Assembly: GCF_009914755.1 (NCBI RefSeq)
Contig: NC_060933.1
Length of the DNA stretch: 64,000 nucleotides
Reading direction: 5' to 3' (one strand)
Origin: the human T2T-CHM13v2.0 reference genome, Homo sapiens
This document shows positions 1 through 10,589 of this stretch, one piece after another. Each line of letters starts with the position of its first letter. Within the stretch, counting starts at the first letter, position 1. The position numbers and the translations under genes were made by a program. Below the pieces are notes generated by a model. That model was not told the DNA's origin. It made no database searches and saw only the letters and a program-made list of their open reading frames with translations.

Positions 1-385
1 TATTGGCAATATCAGTTTGCAAACCAGGGAGAGATCATCTCTGGTAAGAACCGAAAGTGCTCTCTTTGAAGAACAAAGAGAAGATTAGAGGTTTTATAAC
101 AAGGAGAAATGTTATGTATTCCTCTTTGAGTAAGTTCATTGGCACTAGGAAGGGTTTGGGGAGCTGGCAAGCTCTGAATGATGAGCAAAGGTGGTGGGAA
201 AAATTAGTCACAGAGTTGTAGCAAGTTATCTCAGAAGCTAAGGATAAAACTGGTCTCAGGTGGCAACAAGCAGTTCCAGCAGTCAGGCTTGCAGAGAATT
301 ACATTTTTGGAGCAATGTTTTGTACCATGAGTGCTTTATCCTCTGGCTTCTCAACTCTGTTTTAGTTGGATGTGATAAGAATGAC
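1..385. mobile_element. Old ERVL-type LTR fragment (MER54/LTR53/MER74-like; family uncertain)
   Basis: Resembles old LTR sequence by recall only; termini not seen. Confidence 0.3.
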
Positions 386-394
386 ATGAATATG

Positions 395-856
395 TACATT
401 TTTGCAGCACTATGTATGATAGCAAAGACTTGGGACCAACCCAAATGCCCACCAATGATAGACTGGATAAAGAAAATGTGGCACATATGCACCATGAAAT
501 ACTATGCAGCCATAAAAAAATGGGTTCATGTCCTTTGCAGGGACATGGATGTAGCTGGAAACCATCATTCTCAGCAAACTAACACAGGAACAGAAAACCA
601 AACACCACATGTTCTCACCCATAAGTGGGAGTTGAACAATGAGAACACATGGACACAGGGAGGGGAACGTCACACACTGGGGCCTGTCAGGTGGTGGGGG
701 GCAAGGGAAGGGGGAGCATTAGGACAAATACTTAATGTATACGGGGCTTAAAACCTAGATGATGGGTTGATAGGTGCAGCAAACCACCATGGCACATGTA
801 ACAAACCTGCATGTTCTGCACATTTATCCCAGAACTTAAAGTAAAATTAAAAAAGG
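395..856 (+). mobile_element. L1PA 3' end fragment
   Basis: ORF2 C-terminal peptide IAKTWDQPKCPPMIDWIKKMWHI, G-rich 3' UTR, A-rich tail. Confidence 0.9.
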
Positions 857-1140
857 AGAAAGCTAGTAACTGGTCTCAGAGCATCTAGAAACAAACAAAC
901 AAACAAACAAAAAAAGAATAACCCAATTTGTATGATCAACCTTCACAAATGTATCATTCAGGTAGCAAACTATGTAAATGTTCGGAGTAATTTCAAAGCT
1001 GCATAACCAAAGGAGAGCAGGGGGACTCAGAAGGGCAGAAGACAGGAGCAGGCAGGGACATGCCCAGGCAAAGCCCTGTGGCAGCTTAACAAGTGTTGAG
1101 GAACTGAATCCATGTGTGATACACCTGAAAGAGAAAAGCA

Positions 1141-1462
<322 letters not shown>

Positions 1463-1619
1463 TGAGAAACACACTTTCTGAGGCTGCTTAGGTGCTCCTT
1501 CATGCACAGGCCCAGGGCACTAGGCTGGAGAAGTAGTTCGACAGTGATTTGTGGGTCCTCTTGTTTATTCACACTCCAGTGACAAAGGCACAGTGGAAAA
1601 TCTTCTTTATTAAAGTAGC

Positions 1620-1998
1620 TGTGTTTGTCTGTTGGGCCACCTTAACAAAGTACCACAGAGTGACCTAAACATCAGGAATTTATTCTCACATGATTCTGGA
1701 GGCCAGAAGTCTGAGACCATGATGTCAGCAAGGATGGTTTCTCCTGAGGCCTCTCCTTGGCTGGCAGGTGCCATCTTCCCCCTGTGTCTTCACACCAGCT
1801 TCCCTCTCAGCATGTCTGTATCCTAATCTTTTCTTAGTAGGACACCAGTCCAATTGGATTAAGGCTCACCACATGACCTCATTTTAACTTAATTACCCCT
1901 TGAAAGACCTTATCACCAAATACAGTCATAGTCTAGGGTACTGCAGGTAAGGGTTTCAACAAATGAATTTTGGGGTAGGACACAATTCATCCCATAAT
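1620..1998 (-). mobile_element. MLT1 (MaLR) solo LTR
   Basis: MLT1 motifs 'aacaaagtaccacaga...aatttattctcaca...ttctggaggccagaagtctgaga' and 'ggacacaattcatcccataa'. Confidence 0.75.
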
Positions 1999-2401
1999 AG
2001 TGAGATAATTTTATTTATAAAAAGGTAGTTATAGGTCAAGAAATGCACCTGGAAATTAAACTTTTCTTTGGAAATAAGAACCCATTAAGAACCCAATTAG
2101 GCCCATACAGGCTAATTGCCTGATAAAGATCCACAAAATCTTGCCTATATAAATGCCTTCACACTTCTCCAATGCTTTACTGCCAAAAGCCAACATTTTG
2201 TGAATTTGGAGTGATTGGGTTCAGAGCAAACTTTCCAGCTATATGTGAATTTTTTTGTTACTGATGCCTTATTTAGTAGATCAACCCAGCAGAACTTAAT
2301 TATTGTTTAAAATGCTTTTTAAAGAAATGATCAAAATGTATGTCGTGGTGTTATGGGGGTAGAGGGGGAATTTCATCATTGTCCTGTTCCCAAGTGTGCA
2401 T

Positions 2402-2630
2402 CTTTTTAAAATTATTATTATTTCAGTAGCTTTATGGAGTACAAGTGGGTTTTGGCTACATGGATGAATGGTATAGTGGTGAAGTCTAAGATTTTAGTGC
2501 ACGAGTCACCCAAGTAGTGTTAATTGTACCCAATATGTAGTTTTTTTAATCCCACATCCCTCTCCCACCGTTCCTGCTTCTGAGTCTCCAATGTCCATCA
2601 TAACACTTTATGTTTTTGCCTACCCATAGC
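2402..2630 (-). mobile_element. L1PB-like 3' end fragment
   Basis: 'ggttttggctacatggatgaatggtatagtggtgaagtctaagattttagtgca' resembles reversed L1PB 3' UTR. Confidence 0.6.
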
Positions 2631-3537
2631 CAAGCCTGCAGCTTAAAGGAGTTTCCATGAGGTAGGAAAACAGCCTGTTCTGATTATTTCTCCAAGTCCA
2701 AGACAGAGGTACAGATGTGGTAAACTGGATCTGGAGAAAAAAATTCCATTAGTTTTGTTCCAGTGGTTTCTGTCCTCTATGTCAGTTAAAATCTAAGAAA
2801 AAGCAATTATTCCATCCTAATGAATTAAGAATGCTTATTAGAAAATGCATTAGTGAGCATGGAATTTAGTAAGTATTTGGAGTCTGGAAATTATCTTATA
2901 TATAAAATGACATTTAAAATACTTTCCTACCAAAAATAAATCACATGGATTTACTAATAATATGGAATGAAAGGTAGTAACACATATTATTTTTCATTTC
3001 AACAGATTTGGGTTAACATTTTGGTCACATTTTCCTCTAATTAGCATTTGAGTGTTAATGTGAGCTTTCCATAAATAGGTGCAAGTTACTTTACCTTTTC
3101 CATTGGTTCCCCATGAGATATCATTGTTGTTCTTACATACACATGAATCTATTGAGCCCTATTCTGTATGTGATGCTAAATAATCCTCCTAGCCCTGGGT
3201 CTCAGACTTCCTGCTCATGTTAAATATTTACTCCTCTTAGTAAGAGGAGTAAACGAAATCACAGACGAAAAGCACTTTGAAGAACTCAGAAGATGTTAGA
3301 GCAAACTTTCTTTCCCTGTCCTCCTGTTTTCCATGTGGACGCTTCCCTAGTGTAATCCTGGCTATCCCTTTCCCTCCGATAGGAGTGAATTCTCTGATTA
3401 ATCAATAGCAAGGATCTGGCATCCATCTGTTTACATACCTTGATTCGGTGCAGTTAATGATTTATTTTTATTTTTATTTTTATTTTTGAGAATAATCAAT
3501 AGCAAGGATCTGGCATCCATCTGTTCACATACCTTGA

Positions 3538-3867
<330 letters not shown>

Positions 3868-4439
3868 ATCTTTGTCCATCTTTGTCCATCTTAATGAAAA
3901 CATAATTTGCAGCAATGATATTGAGATTCACCTGGTGTATTAATATTTTAACAGAAATTTTATGAACTGAATTACAAGCTATCAGGTAAATCAAGTAGGC
4001 CACAGGTTCAGTAAAAAGGAAAGCACCTTCTGAACGTTGATCCTAATACCTGTGAGCATTCATGCTCTGAAATTATAGCTGAGCGCACACTGTGTGCCAG
4101 ATGCGGTCCTACGTGCAGGGATGTACAATGCCCAAGGAACTGCCGGTGCCAGGATCTGGGCTTGTCAAAAGGTGCCTTCGGTGTATGTGAGGAGACCTAT
4201 CATGGGGGACACACTGGAAAAACCACCAACATGGTCCAGCGCAATCAGTGAGGCAAATGCATGGGAAGGTGGAGAGCGAGAGCTACAGAAGGAACAGAGG
4301 CTCCATAGGGAGCCCAGAGTGGAGAGAAGCCCCTGGAGGGAGGGGCTATGGAGGTCCTGGTGGAAGAAAGCCCGGGGAGCCCGGTGGGTGTGGATTAGGG
4401 TCAGGAGGGGATCAGTGAGTGAAGAGAAGCATTTCAAGG

Positions 4440-5718
4440 AGTGTGTGTGTGAGTGTGGATGTGGGTGTGTGTTTGTGAGAGTTTGAATTTGTGTGTGTGT
4501 GAGTGTGAGAGACTGTGGTGTGTGTGATGTGAATGTGGGTGTGGGTGTGTGTGAGCATGAGTTTATGTGTGTGTGTGAGAGTGTGTGAGAGACTGTGGTG
4601 TGTGTGATGTGAGTGTGGATATGGGTGGTTTGTGTTTATGTGGCATATGTGAGTATATATGGAGTGTAGTGGGCTTGGTGTGTGAGTGTGGTATCAGTGT
4701 ATATATGGGGTATCCATGGTGTGTGTGTGGAGTGTATGATGTGTGTGTGGTATGTGGGTGTATGGGGGATGTTTGTGGTGTGTGTGTGTGAAATGTATGT
4801 GAGTAGATGGTGAGTGCCATGTGTGGTGTAAGTGTGTGATGTGTGTGTGGTGTATGTGAGTGGTACATGAGATGAGTGTGGTATGAGGATGTGTGGTGTG
4901 TGTGTGTGGAAGTTATGTGTAGTGTGTTTGTGGTATGTGAGTGTAAGTGTATGAGGCATGGCGGTGGTGTGTGTGGTGTCTGTGTATGTGGCGTGTGTGT
5001 GTGAGTGGTGTGTGTTTGAGAGTTTGTGTGATGTGTGTGGTGTGTGTGATGAGTGTGTGTTCACGGTGTGTGTGTGGAATGTGTGTGTGTTCTATGTGTG
5101 GTATGTGAGTGTGAGATTATGGGGAGTGTTTTTGGTGTGTGTTTTATGCATGTGGTGTGTATGGTTTGTGTGTATGTGGTATGTGTGTGAGTGGAGGTGG
5201 TGAGTGTTGTATTTGTGAGAGTATGTGTGATGTGCATGTGGTGTGTGTGGGGGTGGTATGTGTGGTATGTATGGTATGAGTATGTGTCTATTGGGGTGTC
5301 TATGGTGTGTGTGTGGAATGTGTCAGTGCATGGTATTGTGTGATACGTGAGTGTGAATGTATGCGGGAGTGTTTGTGGTGTTTGTGTGATGCATGTGGTG
5401 TGCATGGATGTAGGAAGTGAGTGTTTACAGTGTGTGAGTTTGTGTGATGTGTGTGGTATGCATGTAGTATGAGTGTGCACGTATTGGGGTGTTCATAGTG
5501 TGTGTGTGGAATGTGTGGCGTGTGTGGTATGTATGTTAGTGTAGGTTGTGGGTGTGATGCGTGTGTGGTGTGGGTGTGGTATTTGTGGTATGAATATGTG
5601 TGTACTGGGGCGTTCATGTGTGTGATGTGTGTGGAATGTGTGAGTTTTTGGTGTGTGGTGTGTGAGTGTATGGGGGCTGTTTATGGTGTGTGTGTGTGTG
5701 TGTGTAGATGTGTTGTGA
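4440..5718. repeat. Degenerate (TG)n / GT-rich low-complexity tract, ~1.3 kb
   Basis: Almost pure G/T on the plus strand with very few C; gives spurious His/Thr and Val/Cys ORFs. Confidence 0.95.
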
Positions 5719-6149
5719 GGGAAAGTGTGAAATGTTTTGCTGGGAAAGGAAGATCATCAGGTAAGAGAACTGTAGCAAGGTTACCGTAGCAGCAGGACAG
5801 CAAATAGAACATGAGGTGCATTAGAGACGAGGAGACCAAAGCAGTTATTACTGGCAAGTTGACCCAAGTAACTGAAATCTGCAAAGCTTATGATTGACGG
5901 AGGAATTATAGAAAGTCAAAATACACACATGCACAATAAGACTTTCTGATTCTGTACCATAGGCTTCTTTTTTAATATTTTTATTTTGTAACATTATCTT
6001 AATAGCACATTATTAATAATATTTTGAATAATGAAAATACCCAGTACAAACATTTTTCCCTAAACTATTGCTTATCTGGTGATGCCACCCAAGGTCAAGG
6101 ACCAGGGTCACATTTCTGTTTTTATACTTCAGGTCAATAGGAGCAATAA

Positions 6150-6350
6150 CAATGGCTAACATTTACAGAAAATCTATGTTCCAAGTCTTATTTACATATA
6201 TAAATTAATTTAATCTTCATAACAGTCTATAAGGTAGGTCACTATTATCTGTTTTTAGAGACTAGGAAACTGTGACACAGAGAGGAAAAGTAAGTTACTC
6301 ACTATCGCACAGCATGAAGCTGTGGAATGAGAATTCCAACCCAGACACTC
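6150..6350 (+). mobile_element. MIR
   Basis: Core 'aggtaggtcactattatctgtttttagagactaggaaactgtgacacagagagg'. Confidence 0.7.
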
Positions 6351-7459
6351 TGCTTGCAGCCACTCCACCCCAATGTCTACCAGAAAGTGTGGTTCAGTAT
6401 TTTGAAAGAATGCTGGTGGATTCATCTTCATTTATATACCTCCACTGTGCCTCTTGTATGTAATTCTGAACATAAAATTAGAAAAAACCTTCACCTGAAA
6501 ACAGAGATATTCTCTCAGCAATAGCATAGGCATGTCATCATGCCCTTGAGCTAGCTAGTCATAAAAATTCTTACAGATCACACAGTAGGTTTTGTAGACA
6601 ATAATGACCAGCCATGGGCAGACACAGAACTCCCCAGCCCAGACTAGTAGGGTCAAGTCTGCAAGCACAACGGAAGCTCCTTCTTGCTGAGATAGGTGAC
6701 TGGAAACAAGACCACAGTTCCCACGCCCAGAGGCAGTTGCGACTCAAGTGTGTTTAGTCTCCTGGGCCTGGAGGAGAGTAATGGGCAGCCCGCTGGGCTG
6801 TAATGGCCATCTGCCCGCCTGCGGTTTCTGCCCTGATGCGCATGGTCCCTTCCTTCCTAGCCAGACCGTGTTCCAATCACCTAGTTCTAATCGGCCTTGC
6901 CCCAAGTGCATCAGATGCTGCTTCAAGTTTCAATTACACTGTATAAACCAGGTTTCTGGAGAATTCCAGCCAGACAGTGATCCGAGGCACTCACCCCGGA
7001 CCCTGCATATGGAATCTGACTCAGATCTATGTTGTATTCACAGCACCCGCCTAGTGATGGCAATTTTGTCCAACAGCACCTGCCTCCCCTCTCCGGCTCT
7101 TTGCTCTTGGGTAGTCTCCCTGACACCTGGCCTTTGTGTCTACCTCAGGAGCTCCCAGCAGCGCTGGTAACAGGCACCAAGCTTCTGAGTAAAGCCTTGG
7201 GCCATAAGTCATGTCATTCATTTTACTACTGGTGGAAGATAAAACACCAAAAATCAGCCAAAGAACTGTTCCTTGGAGAAGTGCCTCAACATTTGGAGGG
7301 GTGAGGTATACTCACAGGAAATTTTATTTTTATTAGGCTTCCCACAAAATATTAATGAAATACTCATAGTGATTCTCCATCTTCCATTTATATTAAAAAT
7401 AGTATATTTTAAATGTATCAATTTTGGCTGGGTGCGGTGGCTCACATCTGTGAGTCACA

Positions 7460-7700
7460 TCTGTGACTTCGTTACAATTAAAAACTTTTGCTCTGGGAAA
7501 GGAAATATTAAGAGAATGAAGAAACAAGCCACAGACAGGAAGAAAATATTTGTAAAACACCTGTCTTGCATCCAGACCATTAAAAACCACTTACAACTCA
7601 ACAATAAGAATTCAAGCCACCCAATTAGTAAATGGACAAAAGATCTAAAGAGGCTCCCATCAGAGATGGCATATAGAAGGCGGAAAGCTTATGAAAAGAT
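7460..7700 (+). mobile_element. Old L1 ORF2 fragment abutting the CpG island
   Basis: Peptide IKNFCSGK...RMKKQATDRKKIF...KWTKDLKR typical of the L1 ORF2 C-terminal region. Confidence 0.7.
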
Positions 7701-7912
7701 GTTCGCCCTCCCCGCGCTTTTCCCTCCCTGCGTCCCTCTCTCTCCCACACACCCTCCGCTGCAGCGAGAGTGGGAGCGGGTCAGGGGCGGTAGGCGGTGA
7801 CGGTGACTTGCTGTCTCTCGTGCGAGGCGTGGGATTTAAGCGCATTATAAGCCGTGGGTCCCGGAGAATCCCGAGAGGCTGCGCTTGGAGCCCAGACTGA
7901 CGCGCTTCTCTC

Positions 7913-8565
7913 ATGGTTCCGGGCCGCTGCCCTGCAGAGCCCACCTTACTCTTACTCTCCACAGGCCTGTTGGCCGCGGCGGGCCTTGGCTCCCCTGAGC
8001 CTGGTGGGCCTGCAAAGAGCTGCGTCCAGGAGCCGCCCCCAGGGAACAAGCTGCCAGCGGGCCTGGGGAGAACCGCCCGTCCGATGAGCTCGGCTGAGCG
8101 TGCACGCAGTGCCGAAATCAAGGACGCCTGGATGCTTTTCGTTGCAGAGTGACAAAGGTTCAACAACAGGAAGAGGATCAGGGGCCAAGACAAGAAGCTG
8201 AAGTTCGGCCTGCCAGGAACCCCGGGCCCCAGCATCCCACCCAAGGCGCTGCTGCAGGAGTTCCAGCTGCTGCTGAAAGGTGCGGTGCCGCAGGGCCAGA
8301 GTGCGGGATCCTGAGCCCTGCATGCCAGTCCTTGCGGGGGCCGATCGCTGTGAGCCTTACTCAGGTCCAGCCGCCTCCAGGGAGGACAATGTAGACGAGG
8401 TGCGGGGCGTGAGGGCGGTGCTGGCCGCACCCCTGGTCCTGAGGCCACGGGAGCCGCGCGAGGAGGCCGCCTTCCACTGACGCCTGCACCGGGACCGGTT
8501 GCTGCAGCGGTGCCAGCTGCAGGAGCTCCGCGTCTGCTGCTTCTCCGACGCCAGGGCGCCGCCAG
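7913..8565 (+). pseudogene. Processed pseudogene of erythroferrone (ERFE/FAM132B/CTRP15), 5' ~two-thirds of CDS
   Basis: Colinear peptides [68 protein letters not shown] match recalled ERFE ([77 protein letters not shown]); frameshifts and stops; no introns. Confidence 0.88.
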
Positions 8566-8894
8566 GATGACAGGTGCAGGAGACTGTGGCTGTGGGCAGA
8601 TGTGGTTTCCAGCCCCAGGTCCCCGCGGCCCCTGGCTTCCCAGCGCGCTGTCCTGTGAGCAAGAAGATGAAAAAAGCCACCCGATCAACAGGTCAGCTGC
8701 CCCGCCTGGCAGCCCAGCCAGACAAGGCAACCGAAGTTCATCCTCTCTGAGTTGACTTCGTGCGGGCAGCGGGCCGGCGCCCAGGATGCTGGGGAGCCCT
8801 GCGCGCCGGAGGCCGACAAGCCGTGGGGCTCAGAGGCGCCTCAGGGCGAGAAGGCACCCGCCTCCCAGCGCTTTCACCCCCTGGCCTGCCCGGC

Positions 8895-9745
8895 CCGCGT
8901 GGTGTCCCAGTGGCTGCGGCCACGCCAGGCATTCTGCCCCGCGGCGGCTGCACAGGGACGAGAACTGAGAACCCCTGCTCAACCCCATCCGGGGTGACTG
9001 CCAAATGCCTATGCCAGCGGCCCCGATCTCCCTCCGGTGGAGGAGTGGGGGGAGACACGGCCTGGGGGCCTCAGGCTGGGCGCGCTGGCGATCCCGAGGC
9101 CGACCAGGTCATGCACCTCCAGTCCGCCTGGGCACCCAAGCTGCAGCCGCCTTCTGTGTGCAGACAGCAGCCTCCAGGCAATCCCCGAGCCCGCCCGCAC
9201 TCCCCGCATCTCAAAACCGGGGCTAGAGGTCCCTGTAGCTGCGGCCAAGCCAGGCGGTCTGCCCTGCGGCGGCTGCACAGGGGCAGGAACCGGCCCTCAG
9301 ACCCAACCCCGGTGGCTGCAGAGGGCCACTGGCTAGAGGTCCCCAGCTCCAGCAGAGGAGGAGCTGGGCGGGGGCAGGGCCTGGCGGGCTCTCAGGCCAG
9401 GTGCACTCGCGATCTAGAGGCAGCCCAGGCCATTCTCCACCACCTGGGCGCCCAAGCTGCAGGCGCCCTCTACCTGCTGGCAACAGCTGCCTGGCCACTC
9501 CCAAGCTGGCTGGCGCTCCCAAGCCTCGCAGAACCGGGGCTAGATGTCGCCGTGACTGCGGCCAAGCCCGGCGGTCTGCCCGGCGGCGGCTGCACCGTGG
9601 CTGGAACCGACCCCCCAGTCCCATCCCCCATGGCTACGGAGGGCCCCTGTCAGCGGCCCCGATCTCTCTTTGGAGGAGGAGCGGGGCGGGAGTCACGGCC
9701 AGGAGGGCCCTCAGGCCGGAAGGGATGCACGTCTGCGATTCCGAG
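8895..9745 (+). repeat. Three diverged ~320-bp GC-rich tandem units
   Basis: Motif 'ctgcggcca(c/a)gcc(a/c)ggc...ctgccc.gcggcggctgcac' recurs at ~8914, ~9239, ~9556. Confidence 0.8.
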
Positions 9746-10043
9746 ACGTCCCGCGCGAGCCCAGGAGAACCCGCAAGCCAGCAGCGCCTGCGCCCGAGCT
9801 GCAGCAGCCCCCTGCAGGCCACGCGGGCTCGGGAGCGGTTTCCGGAGTCCGAGCTGGCGCTGAGCTGCAGGCGCGAGCCTAAAGGCTTAGCCGGGGCCCA
9901 CGCTGTCTGAGAGATCGGAGCGTTCAGCTACAGGCACGCGCTTAACGGCTTCGTGGAGCTCACTCGGTCTGAGAGGTCGGAGGCTGCGAGTGTCGCTGCT
10001 GAAGGCTGTGGTGGACCAGGCTGGATCGCGGATTCTGAGCTAC

Positions 10044-10140
10044 ATCGCGGGTTTGGTGGTGGATCTTGGATTTGGGGGTGGATCGCGGGTTTGGGGGTGG
10101 ATCTTGGATTTGGGGGTGGATCGCGGGTTGTGGGGGGGAT
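10044..10140 (+). repeat. 38-bp G-rich minisatellite (~2.5 copies) upstream of the ANKRD19P ATG
   Basis: 'atcgcgggtt' starts at 10044, 10082, 10120. Confidence 0.85.
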
Positions 10141-10217
10141 GGCGGATTTGGGGCTGGGTGGGGGTGGAAAGGCCACGAGGAGCCGCGGCGGCTCAGGAGC
10201 GGGTGGTGGGCGTCTGA

Positions 10218-10589
<372 letters not shown>

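Noticed and set aside
4563-5884. His/Thr-rich and Val/Cys-rich ORFs
   Set aside because: Translations of the (TG)n tract
7660-8730. 356-aa minus-strand ORF
   Set aside because: GC-rich antisense shadow of the ERFE-like segment; no ATG start, low complexity, no domain
8760-9863. 367-aa plus-strand ORF
   Set aside because: GTG start; explained by stop-poor GC-rich tandem units; no recognisable domain
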